64,000 bases of DNA. Origin: Isurus oxyrinchus. Its lineage: Eukaryota. Location of the stretch: the NCBI GenBank assembly GCA_026770705.1, contig JANJGN010000036.1, positions 2,480,001 to 2,544,000 of the forward strand, in the 5' to 3' direction. Positions 51,001-63,309 of this stretch are shown piece after piece; position 1 is the first letter of the stretch; the number at the start of each line of letters is the position of its first letter. The notes under the pieces are model-generated. The model ran no database searches. It had not been told where the DNA came from and was given only the letters and a program-made list of their open reading frames with translations. Both the position numbers and the translations under genes were made by a program.

Positions 51001-52699
51001 TGCAAGAAGTGTGAGATCCATTGTCTAACATCGAATATACAACAGCACGAATCCTGGATTGATCGGGAAGAGTGGTGTGGGGGCGGGGATGGGGGCGTAG
51101 TGAATGGGCGAGGGATACAAGGGAATAATCAGTGTTTGTCTGTTATACAATGAGACAGAAAATACATCTGGAGGCAACAGATTCAACGCAGAGGTAGAGG
51201 TACAGACTCTTTGTGTGTAGATGGGAATGGGTCTGGGATAGTGTTCCAGTGTTTGTTGATGGTCCAGATTCTGGCGAAAGCCCCCCCGCCCTCCCCACCC
51301 CCCACCTTCCAACACCCCCCGACCCTTCCCCCCCACAACAACACCCACCCACCACCCCCCCCCCCCCCACCTATTCCACACACACCCTCCTCCATTCCAG
51401 GGTGTGTAATGTATTATTTTTTAATTGAATACTGGGACAGTCATTTGGCATTGGCACCTTCATTTCATTTGAAATCTGTTCCCATTGTCTGCTTTCAATA
51501 TCAGGGCATGCGTTTTACAATGGCGTCCCCTGAGATTGATATGTCAGTGAGTGAGAGGAGTCCTGGGATCTTGCTCACTCTTTTCGTTTCCATAATATGT
51601 GCTTTTGTTTGATTAATTTCCATGTTCTCTCTCTCCCCCGAGCCGAATTTATTTGGAAACTGCACTTCCTGACGAGGCAAAGAGAGAATACTTTTCCGAC
51701 CAGGAATCCTCGGACAAGAGCTGTAACGAGAGGAGGAACTCTTAATAAATGTATATGTCACGTTGTCATCCATTTCTCTACACAGAGAAAAGTCTTATAT
51801 TTAAGGTAGTTTTTGCAATTTTCACAGTAAGACTCAGGGTCTGCGGGATGCGGTGAACTCAGAGGTAAGACTTTTGAGACTCGCTGCTGTAGAGGGAGCC
51901 CAAAGTAATTCCATAGATTTCAATCCCTCCATTTCTTCCTGTAACACTGCATCATCTTTCACGTTCATAGCTGTTTCCCCACATCTTCAAATTTCTCCCT
52001 CTCTCCACATCATTTATCTCCCTCACTCTCTAAGAAAATTTAGACAAATCATTTTCTTAACCACTTTGGATATTTGTCCTCTCTCCCTTTCTGAACCATG
52101 TTCAGTGTCTCTCCCCACGCCCACCGCAATCCCTTCACCATCGACCCCCACGACAAACGCTATTTGTCTCATTATTTACTTGTCCATGTATCATTTCGTA
52201 TTATTGTCTTTTTTAGAAAATCATTCACGTGATGTGCACGTCACTGGCTAATCTGGCATTTATTGCCCATCCCTCACTGCCCCTTGAGAAGGAGGTGGTG
52301 AGCTGCCTTCTTGAACTGCTCCAGTCCCTGTGGTATTGGTACACCCACAGTGCTGTTAGGGAGGGAGTTCCAGGATTTTGAACCAGCTACACTGTAAGAA
52401 GGAATATTTTCAAGTCAGTGTGGTGAGTGGTTTGGAGGGGTAGTTCCAGGTGGTGGTGCTCCCACTGATCTGTTGCCCTTGTCTTTGTATGTGGTATTGG
52501 TCTTGGGTTTGGAATGAATATTTAGGGAAGGAGGATATTTTTACTGAATGTTTAAAATGATGATTTTCCAACAGAGACTGAATAATGATGCGAATATCAT
52601 TTTACACAGAAGATCAGAGATAGGCTGACAGCGGTGGGGTTGGAGAGGAGGACAGAATGATTAATACTTTCAGGTCAAAAGGAGAGGAGATCATTCAAA

Positions 52700-53110
52700 T
52701 TCTGATCTGTTCACATGAAAGGGGCGAATCAGGCAGTGTTCCATTGAGGGAGCGGGGGAATCAGACAGGGATCTACTCACGTGGGGTGGTGGGGAGGGAT
52801 TGATGCATGATCTGTTCACAGGTAGTATGAAGTGAATCAGGTAGTGATCAATTCACAGCGTGAGGAATGAAGACAGGGATTTGTTCACAGAATGGTGGCA
52901 AATCAGACAGTGGCCTATACACAAGGTGTGACAGTCATACAGAGACCTGTTCACCTGGGGCGGGGGTGAATCAGACAAGGACCTGTTCACGGGGGCGGAA
53001 ATCAAGACAGGGGTTCAGCTCACCGGGAGCATGATATCAGATAGGGATCGGTTCACAGGGTGGTGGGAAATCAGGTAGTTTTCTGTTCATATGGATGGGG
53101 AGTTATCCGC
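52700..53110. repeat. Degenerate about 35-40-bp tandem repeat
   Basis: Recurring gaatcagacagggatctgttcaca(g)n core, roughly ten copies. Confidence 0.75.
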
Positions 53111-53329
53111 GAGAAGCTTCGGCGGGAGAATCATCCAGGGGATGTTTTAGGTGGGGGTTAATTATCTAGGGTGCAGTTATGGCGGGGGTAATGTAGAAAT
53201 ATCCAGGGGACAGATTGCTTGGTATGGAGGCAGACACTAGGTATGTAAGCAGTACATCTCAAAAACTGCTGGATGATATCAGATAGAAAGTCCCTTCTGC
53301 AGTTCACAGCGGGCAAGGTACAGATCGGA

Positions 53330-53880
53330 CACAACCAGCCCGCTCTTTCAAAATTCAAAACACAGTGCCCAAAGTTTGACGTGACCCTGCGATTGGACAA
53401 TGTTTGCTAAATAATCCTCAGCGTGCAAAATATTACACTGATAACCAATTTAAGATTGGCAGTCCTGCTCGTAATGAGGCACGTTTTTGTGTACTGGAAG
53501 CTACATACATTTATACACAGGAACCCTTGCAGACAGAAAGAACAAACACCCACATTACGCCTGTTTCAGCTGAACAAAATAAGTTATCACCATTCGCTGT
53601 TTTATTCCTCAGTGCAATACCTTGACCAATCAGAGTCAAGCTGCCTGTTTTAAATTTAGAACTATGTTTGACAGTTAACTTTCAGTCACCATCACTGGTG
53701 CATCCTCCATGGCAACGCCCCTACCGACCAGAGCCCACTCGCTAACCAATCAGCACTCTTTTCTCATTATGCACAGAGTTGTTGCTTCCCCTGACATTGG
53801 TATTCTTGCGATTGTCCTGATGAGTGCAAGGCTTCTACAAGAGTGGAAAACTTGAACAAAATCTCTTTTTCCAGAGATAC
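53330..53880 (+). mobile_element. Penelope-like element 3' fragment (GIY-YIG endonuclease C-terminus)
   Basis: IGQCLLNNPQRAKYYTDNQFKIGSPARNEARFCVLEATYIYTQEP resembles the PLE endonuclease tail. Confidence 0.55.
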
Positions 53881-54589
53881 TCAAATTCTGTGCTAGCAAA
53901 CTACTACTCACTCTCTTTCAGTACAGCATGTGGTGCTCTACGGTATTTCAATAGACTGGCAGCTTGATTAGGTGTACAGTTCTCATTTCATATCAAACAT
54001 TTTCTGCTGCTTTGTGTGACAGAGGTCAGACTGACAGCGCAGAACATTATCAGGAGGGCACCTGGATAGGTCGCCAGGTAATAAACAAGTGTCAGATCTA
54101 CTCAGCTTGCACCTTTGGAGAAAATGGTTTTTTGACTTCTATTTTTGCATTTATTTTCTCACCTCCCTAATTCCCACTGAAACCATGATGTCTGCTCACA
54201 GCTAAGATATGTAAGGACGATCTTTGTATCGCACTAACTCACCTGTCTTCTATTGATTCACTGGGGTATTCAAATTAAACATGAACTGCAAACATAACAG
54301 GTCACTTCAAAATGCAGAACAAGCTTTCAAAGGATGACAATGGCAATTCATCTTATGCTGCTTCCATTACCAAGAGCAATTCACACCCAGGTGGGTCACG
54401 GTGGTCGGATGGACTATACAAATCACAATTTCTTGGACCCTAGGCACCCGGCCTAAATATGCAGAACCAGCAAAGAACTGGAGGACAGACACTTACTTTA
54501 AATGTATTTATTCTTTCACAGGATGTGGGCATCGCTGGCTGGGTCAGCACTTATTTCCCATCCCTAATTCATTCTGCTGGGTTCTGTCA

Positions 54590-54990
54590 TAATCACAGAC
54601 TCAAACATACAGACATAGACACACACTCACACTCTTTCACTCTCACACGCATGGAAACAGACGACCATGCTCTCAGAAATACACTCTCTCACAAACATAC
54701 ACGCTTACACAGTCACCCTCTCTCTCTCTCTCACACATATGTTCTCTCACACACACTTCCTGTCAAAAACTCGATTACACCCATACACTCTCTAACACAC
54801 ACTCTCTCACACACACAAACACATGCACTCTCTGACACACAAGTTCTCTCACGCACACGTCCTGTCACAAATTACACACATACCTCTCTCTCTCACGCAC
54901 ACACTCTCACACACACACACACATCCGCCCTCTCATGCACATGCACTCCCACACGTTCTCACAGGGAAACATTCTCACACAGACACTTGT
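54590..54990. repeat. CA/CT-rich degenerate microsatellite
   Basis: ctctcacacacac units. Confidence 0.8.
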
Positions 54991-57190
54991 ACAACATCTA
55001 GGGTCACAGTGATAGTGGCCATTATTCTGCTTTTTATCCTCCTCTCCAGCCTCTTTCTATCTTCCATTCAACTCATTGGAATTGTATCGAACAGTAGGAA
55101 CCCGTAAGCATTTGAAAAATGTTTTCAGATGACTCAGCCATTCTGACAATTGGAATCCTTCTTTAATCTGTCCAGTCGAGATTTTGGTTCACAGACTTTC
55201 ACCAGCGAAGATCAAGTTGTGTTTCCTCCTTGATCTGAAATGGTGCATCTTATGAATTCACAACCTAGATAATCAAGCTCACAAACAATCGATAATACTT
55301 TATTGACTTTATTAACTGCGATAATACAGACTAAACCAAATAGCAAATATTGAATGAATTCATCAAAGACCTTTTAGATATAAAGTTGGGGATAATTGGT
55401 AAAGTATGTAATAGGAGCAGTGGCTTCCATAGTTTAAGTTTCACAAAGCATTTCTAACAACAATCAAGTTAGCAAGACCATTGCAATGAAAGGAAGGGCT
55501 GGTGCTAATTTCCAGGGGAATTGAACTGAAAAGCAGGAGAACCTGATGAAACGTAAATGTAACCTTGCTTATGGCACACACAGCCTACTGTTGGCAACAT
55601 GTAATTATGGCATTTAAGGAAAGGAATAGGAAGGTCTACAATCAACTTTGGGAGATTCGGAGGCGCAGAGGTCAGAGTTAAAGTATTAAAAGAAGCTGAG
55701 AGGAAAAGGGAGGGAAATTTCAAATGCATAGTGCAGTTTCGTGCACTATCCCCGAAGCAACCTTCAAGATAAATATCCCGCAGAGGACGTCTTGCATCAT
55801 ATACCAAAAATGAAGTTTTTGTATATTATTCCAACAGCTGAATAAATTCAGCTCTTTTGTATCCTGTCGGATCGTCTCGCCTCTGTTAGATTGGGGCCAA
55901 CTGTGTATTAATGGTTTAGGTATAAACTGAAACTTTATGCCAGTCTGGATAATCTATAATCATTTACAGAAACACTGCATGATAAATACTCAAATGTTCC
56001 CCAATAAGTCAATGTTCCACCAACATTGCACTGTTTCCACAACATGAAGATGGATGGGCATGGACAATGTGCACGATACGACTGCCTTCCTTCTCCCACC
56101 CCTGCAATGGCCATTTCTATTTGTTCACCTGATATAATTTTGCCAATGTTAGACTCATTGGGCGGTTACAGCACAGAAGAGCCAATTCAGCCTTTTGTGT
56201 CCATGTTGGGTCTCTGAAGGAGGAAATCACTTGGTCCACCCCCTCCCCATCCCCGCCGTTTCCCCATAGCCCTGGAAATTATTTTTTCTTTCTATTTTCT
56301 CATAATTATCCAGTTTCCTCATTCAGGACCCTTCCACCAATGGCAACAGTTTATCCCTATCCACTGCCTTCAGACACTTCTTGATTTTTAATATCCCTAT
56401 CAAATCTCCTCTCAACCTTCTCTCCTCCCAGGGAAAAAAAGCGCCAATTTCCCCACACTAACTTTGGAACTGAATTTCCGTATCCTTGGAAACATTCTCG
56501 AAAATCTTGTCTGCAGCCTCTCGATAGCCGTCACTCCTTTCCCAACGTGTGGCGCCTAGAACTGGGCACACTACTCCGGCCGAGGCCGAAATCAATCTTT
56601 GTATGCAGCTTTCGTATAAATTTGTGCTTTTGTACTTTGTGCCCGTGTTAATAAAATCCAGAATCCCCTGCGCTTTATCTACTGCTCCATCAACCTATTC
56701 CGTCATATTAAATGATTTGAACACGTGTACAACCAGATGACCCTGTTCCTGAACCGCTTTTAGAATCGCAAGCTTTATTTAATATTGCCTCACCTCTTTT
56801 TTCCTAAAAAAACGGATCACTTTACACTTCCGTGTATTAAGTTTAATCTGCCGCCTGTCAGCCCATTCCACCATCCTGTCTGTGTTCACTTGAAGTCGAT
56901 CACTTCCACGTTTTGTGTCAATCGCTAATTTTGAATCTGTACCCTGTACACCATTGTCTAGGACAATAATATATATTAAGAAAAGCGCGGGCCCTCAAAA
57001 CCAAGTTGTGGGGAACCCCAATCCATATTTCCCTGCAGTCTCCATTAATAACCAATAATTGACCGTTTTATGGGGCTAACAGACCGGAGAGTGGTTTCAC
57101 AATATATTGATGGCGGGAAATGCACTTCTTAATCTCATGAATTTCCAGAATTTGATTTTTAATTGGCACAAAAATGTCTGTCAATCTGAC

Positions 57191-57701
57191 CTGTTTGACT
57201 CTCAATCCGCACTGCACTTGACCCTCTCTCGCTCTCTCGAACTGGATTCGAACAAAAATATCAATGAAGTATTTGGTCTTCTAATACCTGGCTGATGTGA
57301 CAGAAAAAATCTGATGCAGAAAATCGTCGATCCGTCTTAGATTCAAACTTGAGAGATCATAGAGCATGTCAGCGTATTTCATGGAGTTAATGTTGGGGTT
57401 GGACTGGGTTACACCAAGTGTTAAATATAGAGAGGGTGTTCGGTTTAAACATTTCAAATGGCCCAGTTACTCACTTTTCATTGTGGGATATTTGCCTCGT
57501 TCTCCTGAGAGTAGAATCTGTAAGTAGCAAGTTGAAACAGCGAGAAGGGACATTGGACAACCAGTTGTGAAATTGCCCCTGATAAACATCCATCCTGACC
57601 TGATCTGCCGGTTCTTTGTGTCCCAATTAAAATGAGATTCAAGAGTAGAACTGGGATCGCCGCCACCATTCTCACAACATTACGATTTGGAATTCACCAT
57701 C
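57191..57701 (-). pseudogene. Type-A fragment A4 (TM and cytoplasmic exons)
   Basis: TM 57701-57600 GW*IPNRNVVRMVAAIPVLLLNLILIG (stalk Cys TGC->TGA); cyt1 57504-57475; cyt2 57241-57191; further relic at about 55770-55900. No leader, V or C exon seen in the window. Confidence 0.75.
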
Positions 57702-58669
57702 CTGCAGAGACAAAACAATTATCAACTGCGCCAAAACCTGGAAAAGCTCAGCACGCCTGACAGCATCTGTGGAGAGCGATACAGTTGACGTTTCGGGACA
57801 GTATGAACCTTTATCACAACTAAAACATACAGAAATGAGATGAAATATAAGCTGGTAGAAGGGGGTGGGATAGGAGAGCTGGACAGGGGGCCAGTGATAG
57901 GCGGAGGCCCAGAAGGGACTGGCAAACATGTCAAAGGCAAAAGGACAAAGGGCTGTTCTCCCTATTTCTAACCTAGTTAAATGGTGACTTTTGGGACATT
58001 CATCTACCTTCCTATCTCTGGACCTCTCTCTGTCCCTCCCTTATTCTCTCTTTCTCGCTCTGTCTCTAACGAACGCTATCTCTATCCTTTTCGATCCAGT
58101 TAAACACTTCTGTATAAGTCTTATTCTCTTTCTATCACAGTCCCTTCATCTCCTTATCTCTATCTGTATATCGATCTAACCATCTCTCCTTCCATCTCCC
58201 CATCCATCTCTATGATCCGCTTCTCCCACTCTCCTAAATCTCCCACTCTCGCTCTCCCCTCTCTCCCCATCTCTCCCTCTTCCCCACTCTCTCCTTCTCT
58301 CCCCCTGTCCCTCTCTCCCCATTTCTCCCTCTCCCTCTCACGAACTTACCCTCTCTCCTCTATCTCCATCTCTCTCTCTCCCCTGCTCCCTCCCCATCTC
58401 TCCCTCTCTCTGTCGTTCCCTCCTTCCCCATCTCTCCGTCTCCTCCCCTCTCTGACTCTACCTCTCTTCACATCTCTCCTATCTCCTTCTTTGACTCTCT
58501 CTCCTCTGCTTCCCCTCCCGCCCATTCTCACCTCTCTCCCCCTCGTCAACTGTTTCTCTCTGTATTTCTATCATGGTTAAACAGTTTTCTCTAAGTGATC
58601 TGCTCTGTCGATCACTCTCTATCCATCTATCTCTGTCTGAACATTTATTTGCTGGTAAAACAGTGTTCT

Positions 58670-61050
58670 ATATACCTCTAAAAAACAGAATTACCTGGAA
58701 ATACTCAGTAGGTCTGGCAGCATCGGCAGAGAAGGAAAGAGTTGACGTTTCGAGTCCTCATGAACCTTTAACAGAACTGAATGAATATTAGGAGAGGGGT
58801 GAAATATAAACTGGTTTAAGGTGAGGTGGGGGTGTGGGGAGAGAAGTGGGAGGGGAGGTGTGGTTCTAGGGACAAGCAAGCAGTGATAGGTGCAGTTAAT
58901 CACAAGATGTCACAGAAAAAACAACAAAGAAGTGTTGAAGGTGGTGATATTATCTAAATGAATGTGCTAATTAAGAATGGATGCTCGGGCACTCAACGTA
59001 CAGCTCAACTGGCGGTGGGGTGGAAAGACTAGCAGGGCATAAAAGATTTAAAAATAATGGAAAAAGCGGGAAAAGAAAAATCTATATAAATTATTGGAAA
59101 AATCAAAAGGAACGGGGAAGAAACGGAAAGGGGGTGGGGATGGAGGAGCGAGTTCAAGACCTAAAGTCGTTGAAATCAATATTTAGTCCAGAAGGCTGTA
59201 AAGTGCCTAGTCAGAAAATGAGGTGCTGTTCCTCCAGTTTGCTCTGGGCTTCACTGGAACAATGCAGCAGGCCAAGGATGGACATGTGGGCAAGAGAGCA
59301 GGGTGGAGTGCTAAAATGGCAAGCGACATGGAGGTTTGGGTCTTTCTCGCAGACAGACACAGGTGTTCTGCAAAGCGGTCGCCCTGTTTACGTTTGGTGT
59401 CTTCAATGTAGAGGAGACCCCATTGGGAGCAACGAAAGCAGGAGACTAAGTTGGAGAAAATGCAAGTGAAATGCTGCTTCACTTGAAAGGAGTGTTTGGG
59501 CCCTTGGACGGTGAGGAGAGAGGAAGTGAAGGGGCAGATGTTGCATCTTTTGCGTGGGCATGGGGAGGTGCCATAGGTGGGGGTTGAGGAGTAGGGGGTG
59601 ATGGAGGAGTGGACCAGGGTGTCCCAGAGGGAACAATCCTTACAGAATGCTGCCGGGGAGGTGAAGGGAAGTTATGTTTGGTGGTGCCATCATGCTGGAG
59701 TTGGTGGAAATGGGAGAGGATGATCCTTTGAATGCAGAGACTGGTGGGGTGATAAGTGAGGACAAGTGGGACCCTATCATGTTTCTAGGAGGGAGGAGAA
59801 AGCATAAGGGTGGATGTGCGGGAGATGGGCTGGACACGGTTGACGGCTCTGCCAACGACCGTGGATGGAAAACCTCGGTTAGGGAAGAAGGAGGACATGT
59901 CAGAGGAACTGTTTTTGAAGGTAGCCTCATCAGAACAGATGTGACGGAGGTGAAGGAACTGAGAGAATGGGATGGAGTCCTTACAGGAAGCTGGGTGTGA
60001 GGAGCTGTAGTCGAGGTAGCTGTGGGGGTCGGTAGTCTTGTAATGGATATTGGTGGACAGTCTATCACCAGAAATTGAGACAGAGAGGTCAAGGAAGGGA
60101 AGGGAAGTGTCAGAGATGGACCACGTGAAAATGATAGAGGGATGGAGATTGGAAGCAAAATTTAAAAATTTTCCAAGTCCCGATGAGAGCGTGAAGCAGC
60201 ACCGAAGTAACCATTGATGTACCAGAGAAAGAGTTGTGGGAGGGGGCCGGAGTCGGACTGGAACAAGGAATGTTCCACATACCACATAAAGAGAGAGGCA
60301 TAGCTGGTGCCCATGCGGGTACCCATAGCGACACCTTTCATTTGGAGGAAGTGAGAGGAGTTGAAGGAGAAATTGTTCAGTGTGAGAACAAGTTCAGCCA
60401 GGCGGAGGAGAGTAGTGGTGGATGGGGATTGTTTGGGCCTCTGTTCGAGGAAGAAGTTAAGGGCCCTCAGATCATCCTGGCGGGGGATGGAGGTGTAAAG
60501 GAATTGGAAGTCCATGGTGAAGAGGAAGCAGTTGGGGCCAGGGAACTGGAAATTTTTGATGCGACGTAAGGTGTCAGAGGATTCACAGATATAGGTGGGA
60601 AGGGACTGGGCAAGGGGAGAGAAATGGGATTCAAGATAACGAGAAATGAGTTCCGTGGAACAGGAACAGGCTGACATGATCAGTCTACCAGGACAGTCCT
60701 GTTTGTGGATTTTGGGTAGGAGGTAGAAGCGGGCCGTCCTAGGTTGTGCGACTATCAGGTTGGAAGCTGTGGGAGGGAGATCCCCAGAGGACGTGAGGTC
60801 AGTGACAGTCCTGGAAACAATGGCTTGATGTTCAGTGGTGGGGTCATGGTCCAGGGAGAGGTAGGAGGAAGTGTCTGTGAGTTGGCGCTCAGCCTCCGCG
60901 AGGTAGAGGTCAGTGCGCCAGACAACAGCAGCATCACCCTTGTCAGCGGGATGGTGACAATGCTGGGGTTGGACCTGAGAGAACGGAGTGCAGTAAGTTC
61001 AGAGAGAGAGAGATTAGTATGGCTGAGAGGAGCAGGGAAATTGAGATGAC
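58670..61050 (-). mobile_element. Penelope-like retroelement (RT + GIY-YIG), frameshifted
   Basis: RT motifs FTMDFQFLYTSIP, GVAMGTRMGTSYA, FLDL and HYKTTDPHSYLDYSSSHPASCKDSIPFSQF; GIY-YIG motif FTC..NLV..RCS..GLLYI.DTKR..DRFAEH. Confidence 0.88.
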
Positions 61051-61339
61051 TTATGTCACGACGAGCCGTAAAATTAAAGCTATGTCGATCAGGAGTGATG
61101 TCAGGAAGCAATTCGTCACACAAAGGCGACTGTAAATTTGGAGCTCTCTCCCTTCAAAAGCTGTTGAGGCTGCGGAATCAATTGGAAATATTAAAACTGA
61201 GATTGATGGAGTTTTATTGGGTATGGAGATTAAGGATTATAAAACCAAGGTGGGCAGATGGAAGGTATTATACAGGCCCGCCATGATCTGATTGAATAGA
61301 CTGGAGGGTATAAATGGCCTCCTCCTATCCCTATGATGA

Positions 61340-62360
61340 TGTTAAAAGCAAAATACTGTGGATGCAGGAAATCTGAAACAAAAACATAAATAGCTGGAAA
61401 AACCGAGCAATTCTGACAGCATTGGGGGAGAAGAACACAGAGTTAACATTTCGAGTCCGAATGACTCTCCATCGGAACCTAGCAATATCGAAATTTGGTA
61501 AAATATAAGCCGGTTGTGGGGGTGGGTGTGGGACAGGTAGAGCTGGATAGAGGGCCAGTGATAGGTCGAGGCAAAGAAGAGGTTGCCAAATATTTCATAG
61601 ACAAAATGGAAAGGCGGAGTTGACGGTGGTGATATTATCTAAGGGATGTGCTAATGGTAACATTAAGGGTAGAAAGCAGGATAAAAAATGGCAGATGGCC
61701 CTAGTGAGGGTGAGGTGCGGGAAAGGCATCGGAATGGGTTAAAAGGTGGAGATAAAGTGGTAGATCGCCATTAATTTAATAATAGGCGGGAAAAGGAAAA
61801 TATATTTTAAAAAATAAATTTGGAAAAGGGGGGTCAGAAAGGGGGTAGGGATGGAGGAGAGAGTTCATGATATGCTGATGTTGACGTAAATGTTAAGTTT
61901 GGGTGGCTGTAGAGTGCATAGTCAGAAGATGAGATGTTGTTCCTCCAGTTAGCGTTGAGCTTCACTGGAACATTGCAGCAGGCCAAAGACGGGCATGTGG
62001 GCTTGAGAGCAGGGTGGTGTGTTGAAATGGCAAGCGACAGGGAGGTCTGGATCATGCTTTTGAGCAGACCGAAGGTATTCTGCAAAGCGGTCAGCCAGTC
62101 TGCTTTTGGTCTCTCCATTGTAGAGGAGACCACACTGGGAGCAGAGAATGCAGTAGAATAAATTGAGACAAGCGCTTCACTTGTAGGGAGTGTGTGGGCC
62201 CTTGGACGGTGAGGAGGGGGCAAGTAAAGGGGTAGGTGGAACACCTTCTGCGGTTGCATGGGAAGGTCCCGCGGGAGGGGGTTGAGGTAAAGGTGGTGAT
62301 AGAGGAGTGGACCAGGGAGTCCGGGAGGGAACAATCCCTGCAAATATGGCCATGGTGGGG
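61340..62360 (-). mobile_element. Second, 5'-truncated Penelope-like element (GIY-YIG end)
   Basis: Clear paralog of 58670-59700 (GTFPCNRRRCSTYP; gatgttgttcctccagtt...cttcactggaaca). Confidence 0.8.
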
Positions 62361-62479
62361 TGAAGTGAAGATGCATTTCAAATGGGTTCTATGAAACTTG
62401 AAGAGAAGGTAGAGCAATCTCAAGTGTGGGACATATGGCGATGTTGCCTAGCAATCAGGGTCCAGGAAGGAAGGCTCGC

Positions 62480-62487
62480 GCACACAT

Positions 62488-62546
<59 letters not shown>
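62480..62546. repeat. (CA)n microsatellite
   Basis: Near-perfect CA run. Confidence 0.95.
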
Positions 62547-62547
<1 letters not shown>

Positions 62548-63309
62548 CAGAAAAAGAGTCAGTTTGTGCACACTGGAAAGCAACTGCCAGAGAGAGGCTG
62601 GAAAGAGCAGGGCTACCAATACCAAGTCCCAAACTGAAGTCGAAGCCAAGACTCCAGATAAGGAGTCAACTGGGTGAAGGGACTGCAGAGAGCAGATTTC
62701 CCAAAGTAAATGAAAGTTCTCAAAGCCAAGGAGTGAGACCGAAACGGTACAAAGTCCAAAGAATGCTTTCCAGGCAAATGAAGGACGGGAACCTGGTGTG
62801 GAATCGATTGGATATGTAGATATGCTCATTTTGCCATGCAATCTACCTGAGGAGTCACAGGAAGAAAGTTCTGTTCACGCTGCATCTAAACCTCAGCTCC
62901 TCACGGACAAAAAGGGCAGCTGCCAGTGAGGTTGAAACACCATCAGACACCCACTGTGCTGCCACCGGAGAAGGTGGTTAATGAACTGAATGACCCAATT
63001 CACATCCAAGTTTGATTATTCTTAAAATGAATCATTAATCTGCTCGGAGACTAGTTGAGAGGAAATGGTCCATGAGCACTTCAGAGACAAAATTAAAATG
63101 GTTTGAAATTTATAATGACGAATTCAAATACTTTAAAGATGGATTTGTAGACGTTTGCTGATTATCAAACTCTGACACTGTTCACTGGTAGGATTTATTC
63201 TTCAGGATAAATCAGACAGAAGATTTCATAAAGATGTTGCCCAAAATATTGTCTTCAATTTTAGTCGTGGATTATTCGATGAATGCACTTGTTTTACCGA
63301 CATTCCGCA

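Noticed and set aside
52700-53110. CRISPR-like repeat-spacer array
   Set aside because: Vertebrate context, degenerate units, no unique fixed-length spacers and no cas genes; this is a minisatellite.
54823-55107. ORF ending in a TM-like hydrophobic stretch
   Set aside because: Derived from a CA/CT microsatellite and pyrimidine-rich sequence; no supporting exon structure.
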